A DNA stretch of 64,000 nt, taken from the NCBI GenBank assembly GCA_009859145.1, contig VRVR01000008.1, forward strand, positions 323,693 to 387,692, read 5' to 3'. A model generated the notes under the pieces. The model ran no database searches, was not told where the DNA came from, and saw only the letters and a list, made by a program, of their open reading frames with translations. The DNA is from Andalucia godoyi And28. Taxonomy: Eukaryota; Protista; Jakobida. Below are positions 46,901 through 60,400 of this stretch, one piece after another (position 1 is the stretch's first letter; the number at the start of each line of letters is the position of its first letter). A program made the translations under genes and the position numbers.

Positions 46901-49136
46901 AATGTTCCTGAAGTCTTGTCAGCCACGACCTTCGCCGTTCTCGGAGGGTTTTTGACGACTGCATGTCACCTTGAGAGAGGCCGAAGAAAGAAACCAGCTG
47001 CGCATATAGTCCTTTCCTGTTTGATACTGCACTTCGCAGATTGCCCTGGCTGATTCTGTAGTCATTCTTCCAGGACGAATCATACTTCTTCTGTTCCGCA
47101 TCCACCCACCGTTCCTGCTTCAACAATACGCTGAATCTCATCTTCTCCCGAGCATCGCTGGCTTTCAACTGCTCCGAAAGCTCTGACACCTTTTGCTGCT
47201 GTGCCGAAAGGTCCTCTTGGCGAACGGCAACCATCACTTCCCCATATGCACGGTCTTGGGTAAGCTTCAATCGAGATTCCTGGTACTGGCTCTGCCGGTG
47301 CGTGAAGTTTGATTTGCGTTCTTCATTCTCCAATGCTCGTCTTTTCAAGTCATTACGCAGTGTCTCCATTTGGCTGTCGAGCTGTTTTCGCTGAGAACCG
47401 AGTGCGTCTTCCTTTGCCATCATGGAGGCAGAGCGGGCTTCCCAATCTAAAATTTCGCCAGCAGACTCCCACTCGACAGAATATTCCCGTGCATATTGAT
47501 TGATCTTTCGCTGCAGCTCGGACTGCTCTTCCATCAAAGAATCGTGGTTCTTCCGTGCAGCTTTGAGTTTCTGCTGCAACTCTCGATACGACTGCCTATC
47601 AAGCACCAGTTGTGCATCGCCGTCTGACAGCAAATATGCCGTCCATAGTTCGTCATCGTTTTCATCAATGGTCTCGAGACCAGAAGAACTTGCAGAGTCG
47701 TCAACATCTGCGAATTTCGGTTTCTTCGACTCGTGGCTTTCCATTGCTTCTTGTGCTTCTTGCACAGACAGTCCAGATCTCTTGACTGCTGCCCTCAGCT
47801 TGCTAATTTCACTCTCCAGTTTTCGACGTTCGCGTTCCAGCTTCGCTCTTTCGTCCGAGTGCCGTCGTTCGGACTCCAAAGCATCTCTCTGGAGGGCAGC
47901 AAGATCACCCTCGACTTTCCTTTTGCTTGAAACAAGTCGCTTCTCCTCGCGGTCTCTTTCACCAAGTTTGGTCTTCAACGAGAATTCGGCTTCCGCGCGG
48001 ATGTGCATCACATGCTTGTACTGCGCTTCCACTTGACCGTGCTCATTCATGATATCCTCAACTGCAGCACGCTTCTCTGCAGCGAGCCGAGAACACTCAA
48101 CGTCAGAAGTGTGCCATTCATGTTCAATCTCTGCACACTTTCTCCTGAGCACCGCCAATCCCTCTTCCATTCTTCGCAACTCGGAAACAGAATCCAATTG
48201 CCACTTTTCAAACCGCACTCGACGCTTCTCCTTGTCTGCTTCGTCCTGTGCAGAGAGGGATTTGACAGTTTGTGCAACACCGCGAGCAGCCGCAACTTCA
48301 TGCGACCGCAGCGTCTCCAAGTGCTGTCTCTGTCGCTCCACCTTCATGGACAGCTCTGCTGCGCGGATAGTCGTTTCCTTGTTTTGCAGCTTTGCAGATT
48401 CCCTCAATTTATGCTGACGGATCCGCTCCAATGCCTTCTGACGATCCTCCGCAGTGCTTCCTCTGGCCGACATCGTATGCCCTTCGCCGACTGATACATT
48501 GGGAGACAACAAACGTGCCGAGATGCCCGGCGCGCCGCCTTGCTTTGCATTTGACGACGACGAAATCTGCTTGAGCTCAAGCTTGGGAACGGCTGGGCGC
48601 CTTGTTGCAGATCCAGCAGATATCGGCCTCTTGCTCTTGTCCTCTGATGCGTTTGGAACGACCGCAACACCACTACTCCCCGAAAACGACGAAGCCGAGA
48701 CACTCAACGCGCCCTGTTCGTTATTGTACACGGGTTGCCGCGATACCTGCATTTCGGCATTCGACGCAGAAAAAGGTCGGTTCAGAGCGCTCCCTGGAAC
48801 CGAAGCGTCATTGCTGGATCGCAGCTTTGCAAGTTGTTTCGCTCTTTCCAAAAGTCTCTAAACCCATTACTCATCACAACAGTAAAGCCAGCATACGAAA
48901 AAGACACACACACCCACACAAAGAGAAAACAGCAATAACAAACAACGTTAGTCCATCCAGAAACAAAATCAATCGAGGAAAGCAACAATAAAGAAAGATG
49001 GATAGATGGATAGATAGATAGATGGATAGATGGAGAGAGGTCCGGAAATGAGAAAAAGGATAGGAAAAAAGCATGCCTTTCGGATATCATCTGTGGATTC
49101 CGACTGCGACTCTGTTTGGATTCCGTCTCGGTTCAT
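43953..49136 (-). CDS. Giant coiled-coil protein with a C-terminal PH domain, about 1654 aa, two exons
   Basis: The 1632-aa ORF ends in a PLC/Num1-type PH-like domain (ERVLSVSSDLTRL...AWLGGIDLL). A predicted exon 1 at 49136-49077 joins via a GC-AG intron (49076-48858). Confidence 0.75.
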
Positions 49137-49604
49137 TGCACGGGAAACTATACGGGTAAGTGAATAATTACGAATTGTCCAAAAAACAATAATTAATTTA
49201 TAATTATTATTTTCCTGCGTTAAAACAAAATTTAAAATAAAATAAAATAAGTACGATAATTGGAAAGCCAAAAAATTTGGGAGAGAATAAGAAATTCCAC
49301 AGCTTTTGCAGAAAAGCAATGAAAGACGGGGACGAGGTCGGACCTCTCAACTCGGGAAGGCAAAAGAAACAGCAGTTTGTGGCGCACTAAGAATTTTGCA
49401 TCAATTGATGCTTTCGAAACCGACACCTTTTTGGTCCTTTGGTTTTTATCGTTATTTTCTTCTCGACAAGCCGTAGTAAAAAAACCAGATATGACAGTTC
49501 AGTTCGTCAGTTAGTTTGTTAATCAGTTGTGTTTGTGAGGGATAAGGTGGAATAGAGAAAAGAAAAGAAAAGAAAGAAAAGAAAAGAAGGAAGGAAACAT
49601 AAGA

Positions 49605-51119
49605 ATGTCCAAGCCGACCTTGAACAGTGCCGGTCCTGTGGCGAATGCGTCGTCGGGTGCGTCGCAATCGGTGCCTTCGAAGGACTTTGAGAAGCGAGTC
49701 AAGGAGCTGGAGACGGAGCGCGAGTTGAATTTCTATTATGTGGATAACCTAAAGAAGCGGTATGAAGACGAGCTTTCTGAACTCCAAAATCAGCTTAAAG
49801 AGTCGAATGCCAAGCGGGTTGCAATGAATGAGAGGCTTGAGAGAGTGAAGATGGTGGAGTCTGCAATCTTTGCAATGTATATGGAAAATGTGGTTCCGGT
49901 TCAGACAGCGCGTCGTCAGTTGCAGGAGGGAGAGAACCCAATGGTCATGCTTGACCAGCTTCGGGCATACATCCGATCTCTGCAGTCGTTCCAAGACGAC
50001 TTTGAAAACGAGCTTAAGAGCCGCATCGAAAAGCGCAGAAACGAGACCGAGGAAGAGCTGCAAACGACGAAGTCCAGGCTGAGTCATTTGGAAAACATGA
50101 TTTCGATGATCACACATCAAAAACAGTCTGCGGAGGCCGAGCGAGACCAGGCGTTGGAGGAGAAGGAGAAGGTGGAGACGGAGGCCAAGAAGATGTTTGA
50201 TGCCATGAAGGATGATCAGCTGAAGTTGGTGGCGTTGCTGCGTGAACAAGAGAAGGAAATGGACGAGTTGCATCAATCCGTAGACCGTCGAGACCAGATC
50301 TTGCGACACAAGGAGATGAAGCTGATGAGGATAACACAGCTTGAATCCGAGATCTCGCGCAATCGAGCGCGACACCAGTTTGATCTCAACCAAATGCGAG
50401 CACAAAGCATGAAGGCTGTCAAGGTGTATGATCGAGAAATGTCTGCTGCAAACAAGATTGATGCAGAGAAACGCGCCCTCGAAGAAAAACTGCGTAGAGC
50501 CGAGATGCAGCTGAATGCATTCAAGAATGATGCGAACCGTACGCGTGCCGCAGAGCTCGAGCGGAAGGTGGAAAAGACAGAGCTGATGCTGAAGACAAAG
50601 GAACAGGAGTGCCGCAAAGCCAGCGAGGAACTGTCACAGAATAAGCAGAGAGTGCAAGAGCTGGAGAGACGAGTGGTTGCCATGAAGCTCGAATACGATA
50701 AGATCTTCCTCGCCGCAGAGCGCGAACGGAGAGCAAAGCGGTCCGTAGGATTTTCTTCGGGTTCCTTTGGTTCCATGGGCGGAGTCACGAGTGCCATGGA
50801 CTTCTCTGACGATCCCGCTCTCGCAGCTGCAACTGCTTCGTCGGGTGCAATGGCTGGCGTCGTTTCGGTGTCTGGGAGCCAGATGCAACCAGATCAGGAA
50901 TCGCTGCATTTTTATCGCCAGAAGCTCAAAGAGCGTGACCGCGAAATCGCAGACTTGTCTCGAAAGATAAAGCGCATGCTCTCGCTTGAAAAGGATTCAA
51001 AGGGAGATGTGCTTTCATCAAAGTCATCGTCTTCGCCCAGTCATCGACCTTCGGTGTTCAACAGTCCTACAATCCGCCAAGGCCGGGAGGCCGACGCAGA
51101 CGCCGACGCATTGGACTGA
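49605..51119 (+). CDS. Uncharacterised coiled-coil protein, 504 aa
   Basis: ATG-initiated ORF with continuous E/K/R/Q/L heptads. Confidence 0.8.
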   Translation: MSKPTLNSAGPVANASSGASQSVPSKDFEKRVKELETERELNFYYVDNLKKRYEDELSELQNQLKESNAKRVAMNERLERVKMVESAIFAMYMENVVPVQTARRQLQEGENPMVMLDQLRAYIRSLQSFQDDFENELKSRIEKRRNETEEELQTTKSRLSHLENMISMITHQKQSAEAERDQALEEKEKVETEAKKMFDAMKDDQLKLVALLREQEKEMDELHQSVDRRDQILRHKEMKLMRITQLESEISRNRARHQFDLNQMRAQSMKAVKVYDREMSAANKIDAEKRALEEKLRRAEMQLNAFKNDANRTRAAELERKVEKTELMLKTKEQECRKASEELSQNKQRVQELERRVVAMKLEYDKIFLAAERERRAKRSVGFSSGSFGSMGGVTSAMDFSDDPALAAATASSGAMAGVVSVSGSQMQPDQESLHFYRQKLKERDREIADLSRKIKRMLSLEKDSKGDVLSSKSSSSPSHRPSVFNSPTIRQGREADADADALD

Positions 51120-51301
51120 GCATGCTCAGTATTTTGGTTTGTTTTTTAATTTTTGTCTTTCTGTTTTGGTTTTCATTTTTGTCGCCGATCAAGGCGAAAC
51201 CTGGCTGCGCAGCTGTCGAGTCAAACTGGAAGGGGGAAGGGAAGTGGATTTAAGTTATGATTAAAATTTAAAAAAGTGAAAACACAACAAAAACACATCT
51301 G

Positions 51302-52759
51302 CTACGTCTCTGGCCAGCTGCTTGAAGCTTCAGGAATGTTGAACACGCGCCGCAGATGCGAGTTGAGGAAGATCCCGTGCGGATCGAGTTGCTGGCGTGC
51401 AGTCTTGAATCCATCCCAGTTCGCCGCGCCGTACATTCTTCGAAACTGTTCCCCGCGAGCACGATACAGTTTCGCCCAGTGAGGTCTGCCGTCAAATGAC
51501 AGCATCATATCTTCAAAGGCGTCAAAAAACGGTCTGTACTCAACATCCTTCATGAAAGGTCTGTAAGCAATGATGCCGATCAAGCAAGTATCTCGACCGC
51601 TACACATGCTGAGTGGAATATCGTCGCCCTTGACGAATCGAACCTCGATTGGAAAATGCGCCTTGAATCCGCGCTCCACTATCATTCTCCGAAGAGTTTT
51701 CATGGCCTCAGCACACCTCTCAAATGGAATCGCCCATTCTGCAACGTATTGCCGAAACAAACAATCAAAATTGAAAATTCGGAATGAGTCATCGATGCGC
51801 TCCCGTTTGCGCCGAAACAGTGTGTACGCATACAACCGGTTGATCCAGGGAACGAGCGCAGGAAAGATTCTTGAAACGTACAACAGCATTTCAAGAAAAT
51901 GGTAACCGAACGCTCGATCCCGCAGCAGTCGTCCCGCGACAAACAGGGGAGACGACGACGGTCTTTTGGGAGAAACCATGGTCCGGTTGCACTCCAGAAT
52001 CTCGCACATGTTCGTGTGTGGAAACCACCAAACTCTCCAGTGTTCCGCAGAGCGTGCAGCTTGCGGTAAACTGCTCAGCACATCCTCGAAGGTCTTGGAA
52101 TACCGCACTTCATGCAGACGAAACGCCCGTTCCACTTGCATTGTTGCCGTGATGATGATGCCTAGCGCACCCAAGCTGACTCGAGCATAATCAAACAGCG
52201 CCGCGTTCTCCGATTTTGAGCATCGCAAGATGGTTCCGTCCGCAGTCAGCAGTTCCAACTCCACAATCTGCGACGCAATGCACCCAAACCGCGCTCCCGT
52301 ACCGTGCGTTCCCGTCGCAATTGCGCCCGAGATCGACTGTTCAGAGATAGCACCGAGATTTGAAATTGCAAGACCGTTCTTCAACAATTCCGCATTCAGT
52401 GTCCTCAGTCTGCATCCTCCTTCGCACTTGACCAGTCCTCGATCCACGTGGATCTCGAGAATTCGCGATACCTTGTCGAGCGAAACCATGTGTCCGGTGG
52501 TGAGCGCAATTTCGTTTGGCGAATGCCCGGCACCGACGACTTTGACACTTTCTTTCCTGCCTGCAGCATACCTAACAATCGAAATAAGCTCTAATACGGA
52601 TGACGGTTGGTGGTAATACGCAGGCACACACCCCGCAGTCTGTGCCCAGTTGCGCCACTTCACACGATTTGGCGGATACGGCAAAACCGCGGTGGACGAT
52701 GAGTCGTGCGCAATCGTGCCTGCAGTCAAGTGCGATGCTAGCACCGTTGCCCGATTCAT
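51302..52759 (-). CDS. L-gulonolactone / D-arabinono-1,4-lactone oxidase (aldonolactone oxidoreductase), 485 aa
   Basis: NWA...P, VGAGHSPN (FAD-linking His), SISGAIATGTHGTG, FPIEVRF and GRPHWAK. First ATG is at 52759. Confidence 0.92.
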   Translation of the reverse strand: MNRATVLASHLTAGTIAHDSSSTAVLPYPPNRVKWRNWAQTAGCVPAYYHQPSSVLELISIVRYAAGRKESVKVVGAGHSPNEIALTTGHMVSLDKVSRILEIHVDRGLVKCEGGCRLRTLNAELLKNGLAISNLGAISEQSISGAIATGTHGTGARFGCIASQIVELELLTADGTILRCSKSENAALFDYARVSLGALGIIITATMQVERAFRLHEVRYSKTFEDVLSSLPQAARSAEHWRVWWFPHTNMCEILECNRTMVSPKRPSSSPLFVAGRLLRDRAFGYHFLEMLLYVSRIFPALVPWINRLYAYTLFRRKRERIDDSFRIFNFDCLFRQYVAEWAIPFERCAEAMKTLRRMIVERGFKAHFPIEVRFVKGDDIPLSMCSGRDTCLIGIIAYRPFMKDVEYRPFFDAFEDMMLSFDGRPHWAKLYRARGEQFRRMYGAANWDGFKTARQQLDPHGIFLNSHLRRVFNIPEASSSWPET

Positions 52760-52825
52760 GATCAGCACAGCGTCTTTGGCTCTCGGTTCTCGGCTCTCGC
52801 TAAAAGATGCACAGAATCTAAATAG

Positions 52826-52859
<34 letters not shown>

Positions 52860-52969
52860 CGGAAGCAAGATATTATGCGTTTTTAATTTAAATTCTTAAA
52901 AAAAAATAGAAAATAGTAAAACACCTTTATGTTGTTGAACGACAACGAATCGACGGCGGTACAGTCATT

Positions 52970-53872
52970 TCATACCGGAACGTAGACGGACTTCTTGCGC
53001 TTGATGAGCATGTAGACGAATGCGGATACGATGCACAGCCCGAGCAGCGATCCAAAGACGACTGTCAGGACTTTGTACGAATCGCACTTACCGCAAGTGC
53101 TGTGACTATCATCGCCGTTGTCGGACAGCTTTGGGGACGCCCAATAGTCGAGGACGATGACACCGTTGGCCCCGCCATTCAAAATAGGTCCCACAAACGC
53201 CTTGAATGCTTGATGATGCGGTTCGACAAAGACGTAATTGTCTCGATCTGCCTGTGACGTAAACGTCACTTCAAACCCATGCGAGAAGTTTCCGCTGAGT
53301 CCTTCCGGCGAGTTGTTGACTCCAGACGCAAGGTTTTGACAATATGCAACTTCTGTTCGGAGTGCACGGAACAAGCCAGTTGTCTGCTGCACCACCGTCG
53401 CAAGCGCGTCTGGCCGATAGTCAAACAAGACAATGTGCCGGAGAAGCTGGTTGTCGTTGGATGCGTAATCGGCAGCTGAGTTAACTGGGTCTGCATAGTC
53501 GGCCCACATGTCAAAGAGAAACACATTCGACACGATCGTCAGCGCATACGCTTTAAACGCCAGATGGTGCGGATCATGGAATGCGTAGAAGTCGCGATCC
53601 GCAGTCGAGGAGAATACGACTCGGAAGACATGCGTGAACGACTTGTTCAGTCCCTCTGGAGAGTTGTTGATTCCGTTTTCGAACGCCAAAACATATGGAA
53701 TCTGGTTCTTCAGATCGCGGAACTTGTCCACGACGCTCTGTATGGAATCGGGCGACGTAGACGCACTGAACGAGAAGAACACAAAGTGATGCAATGCAAG
53801 CATTGCGCTCGATGTCTGCAAGAAGACCGCAAAGAACACCAGCGCCGCAGCAACTGCTGCAAAACACCTCAT
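52970..53872 (-). CDS. Type I membrane protein with tandem Dabb (stress-responsive A/B barrel) domains, 300 aa
   Basis: Signal peptide, two copies of H.V.F...G.NNSPEGL..F[TS]H.F.V.F...ADRD.Y....PHH.AF, a TM helix, and tail KRKKSVYVPV. Confidence 0.85.
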   Translation of the reverse strand: MRCFAAVAAALVFFAVFLQTSSAMLALHHFVFFSFSASTSPDSIQSVVDKFRDLKNQIPYVLAFENGINNSPEGLNKSFTHVFRVVFSSTADRDFYAFHDPHHLAFKAYALTIVSNVFLFDMWADYADPVNSAADYASNDNQLLRHIVLFDYRPDALATVVQQTTGLFRALRTEVAYCQNLASGVNNSPEGLSGNFSHGFEVTFTSQADRDNYVFVEPHHQAFKAFVGPILNGGANGVIVLDYWASPKLSDNGDDSHSTCGKCDSYKVLTVVFGSLLGLCIVSAFVYMLIKRKKSVYVPV

Positions 53873-54210
53873 GATCCTGCAGTAGCTCTCGTGAGTTTTT
53901 GCGAATGCAGCACGAGGGATGCACAAACAAAAAAATAAAAAAACAAAAACGGAAAAACAAAAACGAAAAAAAAAAAACTGCAAGTCGTCGAGGCAGAAAC
54001 GATAACGGGGAAGAGAGGAACAGAAACGCAGCTTGTGGAAAGAAGAACGAAGGTAGGAGACAAGAGTTGGAATCGCTTGTTCTGAACAACAAGATTCTTT
54101 TTAATTAAAACATGGAGGGACTGGAAAAGAGAAGAAGGGAGAGAAAGAAAGTAAGAAAAAAGAACGCAAACTATGAAACGCACAACTGGGAAAACGAGAG
54201 TCCAGAAAGA

Positions 54211-55968
<1,758 letters not shown>

Positions 55969-56490
55969 TCAGAGATGTCCCCAAATTAAAGAAAGAATGA
56001 AAGAAAAGGAAATTAATAAAACATCCAAACAAATAAAAAACCATTTAATGATTCCGGAAAGTCGACGAGTCTTTGAATAACAAAAAGCATCATTGCAATT
56101 GGAAACCGCGTCTGTCTGTGCTTGGAGAAGAGGACCGGCGGTTGCATCACGTGAGTCCACCTTTTGGCCTCACCCGGTCTCCTTCAGCATTGTCTTTTTC
56201 CGCCAGCTGGCAGCTGTCAGTCCCCCAGTGACACTTGTGTGTGTGTGTGTGTGTGTGTGTGTGTCATTGCTGCAGATCCCAATGACGCTTTTTGCATTAA
56301 CTCAGTATGAGAAGCAGCCTTTCCCCCATCTTTGCATTCGATGATTATGTTTTAAATAATAAATATTATTGGTTTTGGTTTTGTTGGTTTTGTTTTTCCC
56401 CTTTCACTTTTGCAGGTTGTTTTTCGTTTTTGATTCGTATTCTCTCTTTTGCAGTCCGGTTGGATCGTTGAAGGGCATACTGTGTTCACC

Positions 56491-57039
56491 ATGAAGCGTC
56501 GATCGTCTTCCAGCAACAACAGCGGCAACAACTCCAGCAACATTGATGATCTTCCCGAAACTGGAGCAGATCGAATTGAGCGAGTGACCTCGGCCGAGAA
56601 GCTGATTTTCATCCTTTCTGCTCTTCTTGTGTCGTCGATTCCGCTGTATGTGTACCAAAAAATTTTCTTCGTTCCGCTTGAAACGTTCGCGCTGCTGTTC
56701 CTTGCAGTGACCCTTGTTTCCACTTTTTTGCTGTACACATCGTACAACATGCATGCGGCAGCCAAGGTGGATGCTGTTGGCGGCCAGATCCGCACTTTGG
56801 TGCAGGAGGGGAAGGCATCATTGGACGGCATCGAAGGATTCGTCTCTGCATCGCGTGTCAGACTGGAGGCTACTCTCTTTTCGCTTTTCGCCTTGAACTC
56901 TCTCTTTGTCGTTTCGTACATGTTTGTCGGATTCTATGCTCTGGCTCGCGCAAACGAGGCAGTCAACTACGCAGTCGCTGTACCCGCCGCTGCATTAGTC
57001 ACGTTTGCATTTGCATACGATGCACGCTCTAGAGCATGA
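56491..57039 (+). CDS. SSR3: Translocon-associated protein subunit gamma (TRAP-gamma), 182 aa
   Basis: Four hydrophobic segments with VSSIPLYVY, TLVSTFLL, EATLFSLF..N and VNY motifs. ATG is at 56491. Confidence 0.8.
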   Translation: MKRRSSSSNNSGNNSSNIDDLPETGADRIERVTSAEKLIFILSALLVSSIPLYVYQKIFFVPLETFALLFLAVTLVSTFLLYTSYNMHAAAKVDAVGGQIRTLVQEGKASLDGIEGFVSASRVRLEATLFSLFALNSLFVVSYMFVGFYALARANEAVNYAVAVPAAALVTFAFAYDARSRA

Positions 57040-57489
57040 TGGGTCTCAACACTCGATGCAATCGCTTGGGCTCGTCCAGACGTCGGCCCTCCTGCACGTG
57101 CATTATCAATCTGGTGACGACGGCAAGGATTGGAGCGATGATGATTGATGACTGATGGCTGATGATTGATGATGATGGATAAAACGGAGGATCTGATTGA
57201 AAATGTACCAGTATGGTGTTAAATTGTCGATACGGGGGGTAGTCGCTGCCATGGAAACGTTGGTTTCGTGATGCACAGTGTCGGTTTGCATGTAATACAA
57301 GAAGAAAGAACAACGTATTATTTTGCTTTTCTCCCCCCCATTTTTTAATAATTTGTTTGTTATTAAAACAAAACAATAATCTGCTCTTAATTCACTAATT
57401 GGTGGACGCGAGCCGCAATGTCCATGTGTGGACGGCAGAGATGCATTCAAGGAAAAACATGAGCAAACATCAACGGAGCGCTCTCGCCG

Positions 57490-60400
57490 CTATTCTTGAG
57501 CATCAAGTAACTGCAAGATCACGCATTGCTCTTCAAACTCTTCATCAACTTCTCGTAGGCGTCCCAGTGTTCGCAAGAACCGCGTGTGTGTCACGTTCAG
57601 ATCCGCATGGGTCGTTTCGGCATCCTTCTTGTACAACGCCGCCGCCAGCCGCAACTTCTTGATACTCTCGTTGAGGTCCGTTACAAGTGGACGAAGTTTC
57701 TGTGAAACAAGAGTAGAGCACTGGTCAAACCATTCCGCCGCCGCCAGGCCTTTCGGATGCTCGATGCTCTGCGCACCATCCGGCAGCATGGAAACCAGCT
57801 CATTGAAAAACATGACATACGCCGTTTCTTGAATCTGCGCAGGATCGTGCTCTTTTCGCATTTTGTCTGCGACATCCAGGCTGTTACTGATCGCCGCCTT
57901 GACAATAGCTTCGAAGGACGATCTGATATCGTCTCCGGTTGCAGCCATGGTCTGTGAAAAGAACAGCTCAAGCGTTTTCACATGATTAGGTAGACTGACC
58001 GTGGACAATTCGTCCAATTTTGCTGACTGCGATTGCACCTGCGGAGCAAGCGACTGGAGGTGTCCCGTGACTTCCTTGGACAGGGAAGAAATCGCAGCGA
58101 TGCACTCTGCTCGCAGTACCTCAAGGTCAGCGTCGACGTGAACGGGTTGTGGCACATCGACAGCGGCGAATCCCTTGCGGATAACTTCTGATTCCTCCGC
58201 AATCAAATCGCGAACAGAGGAGAGTAGGCGGTCGAACGACGACTGCGTTTCCTTCTCCATGCGGACAACATCGGCTTTCACTTCTTCCAATGATTGCGCT
58301 GTCGTGGAATGCTGCAGACGAAGCGTCTCCGACAGGACTTTGAACAGCCCTTCCTTGGAGTCCGTGAGCCTTCGTAAACCCGAAAGATCGAATGCGTCTC
58401 GAACACTGCCAATACTCTGATGCAACTCTGCCAGCGTGGAGGACACTGTTGTGATGCCGTCCTTCGTTGCACCACTCAGAGAGGCCAATTCTCTACGCAC
58501 AGACTCGTGCATCCTCCCTTCGATCTCCGCAAGAAGCGTCGATATTTCCGCCAACGAAATGTCTTCGCGATGAAGCAATTGATGCAGAGGATGAATTTCC
58601 TTCACAAGATTTGTCGTCTGCTCGGCAATGCGATTGGAAACAGACTGCACGGCATCCAGCAAGCATTGCTTCTCGCTGCTGAATGATGCAGACCAAGAAG
58701 CCTCCGTGGAACTTAAAGTTCCTCGGACGTCGCTTCGAACCTCTTCTAAAACCTGCATGAAGTCAACCATTTCCGTCTTGAACATAGCCGCCAAGTCACG
58801 AATCTCGGCTCGAATGTCGCCTATTGCGAACGCCGTTCCCGAACCCTCGCTATGAACAGAAGTGTCAGCAACACACGTCTCCTTATCGACTACCATGGCC
58901 ACGGACAGGTCGGACAGCTTTTCATTCAGAACATCTCGGAGTTCATGATTTGAGACCCCACGATGTTCCGCCCACGACCGCTCCAGCGATCTCAGCTGCT
59001 GCGCCAGTCTCTCTCGATCTAACAACAAGTCCGATTGAATCTTACTCGTGACGGCTGGCAATCCGTCCTCGATCGCCTTGCTAGAGGTCAATGCAGACTC
59101 GTGTATGAGCTTGGACACCGTTTCCAAGATCTCATCGTTGCGTTTCGACAAGGAGTGTCTTGTCAGATTCAAGGCATCCAGGATGGCTGCGTGCTGCGTG
59201 GAACATGTCGAAGCTTGCACGGCAATGGCCTCCTTCATGTCGGACAAAAGATCCGGAACAGCAACAAGCTGAGAAATGTTCTCTGCGACCACATGCAAAT
59301 CCGCATGGAGGGCTGCCGTGTCAGAGCCTTGTTTCTCAGCAATCGTCTTGAGATGCGCCATATGGTCTTGGAAAACGGTTGCGAGCCCCCTTTCAACACT
59401 TGCAGACAGAGTTTTCTGCGCAGACTCTACTGAATCCGACATCTCCAATTTCAGCATCTCACCCAGCGTTGAAACGCACTGTTTGGCCGATTCCTCCCAT
59501 GCACTCGAACCAAAGTTTGCATTCCTGGTCAGGTCAGCACTGAGGGAATGAGAAGCGGTCTCCACGCTCCGCTGCGCCTGCGCCACTGCATTGGCAATCT
59601 CGACCTTGACAGCGGCATCTGATGCAGAGAGATCGTCTCGAATGCACTCCGCAGATTTTCCAATCCACTGTTTCACTTCATCCATCGCAACCATGAAATC
59701 GGTCTTGAGTGCGGCATGCGAAGCTGCGAAGGCCGTTTGCAGAGTGTCGAGAGACGCATCCCAATCGCGTCTCATACCATCCGAAGCCACTTGCATACCT
59801 TCTAACTTGGCAATGACCGTCTCCGTCTTTTCAGCAATGGCATTTCGATTCTCAATCACCGCAGACGTGAAATCGTGCGCTTGATCTCGGGCAGCCCCCG
59901 TAGAGTCAGCAATGCTCTTCTGCACAACACTGGACAAGACTTCTGCCGAGTGGTGTTGTGCGTCTGTTAGCGCAGTCAGCTTTTGATGCAGCAGTTCCAT
60001 CAACGCATTCTGGTTCTTCGTGTTCGCATCCACGATCAAATCGGAAGAACGGGAAACAGCAGATAGTTCCGTCCGAAGAAGCTCAGCAGACGACAGTGAA
60101 TCGCGTTTGACCTCCTGGAGAGACTTCGAGAAATCGTGCGCTGCAACGTCAACAGAAGCAGTGATGTGCTCGCGCACCGCATCCCCTGACGCACTGATTG
60201 CCTGTTTCAAGCACTCCACCGAAGAATGAAGATTCTCGATGATGGAAACAACTGCCCGCGCATCAGATTCCGCGCTTTGCTTTGATCGACTATCTGAGCC
60301 ACTGACCTCCAAACGCAGGGTCGACAGATCCTGTCGCAGTGCTGCCACATCTTCCTGGCAACAAAGATCGGCCAATTTCTCGAAAATGTCATTGCGAAGC

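Noticed and set aside
57138-57198. Box C/D snoRNA (ATGATGA...CTGA)
   Set aside because: The motifs lie within a degenerate (GAT)n tract and there is no terminal stem.
57106-57492. Stop-codon readthrough of the giant WD40 gene (the frame stays open after TAG)
   Set aside because: The downstream translation runs into AT-rich, low-complexity sequence, and all other genes here use TAA/TAG/TGA as ordinary stops.
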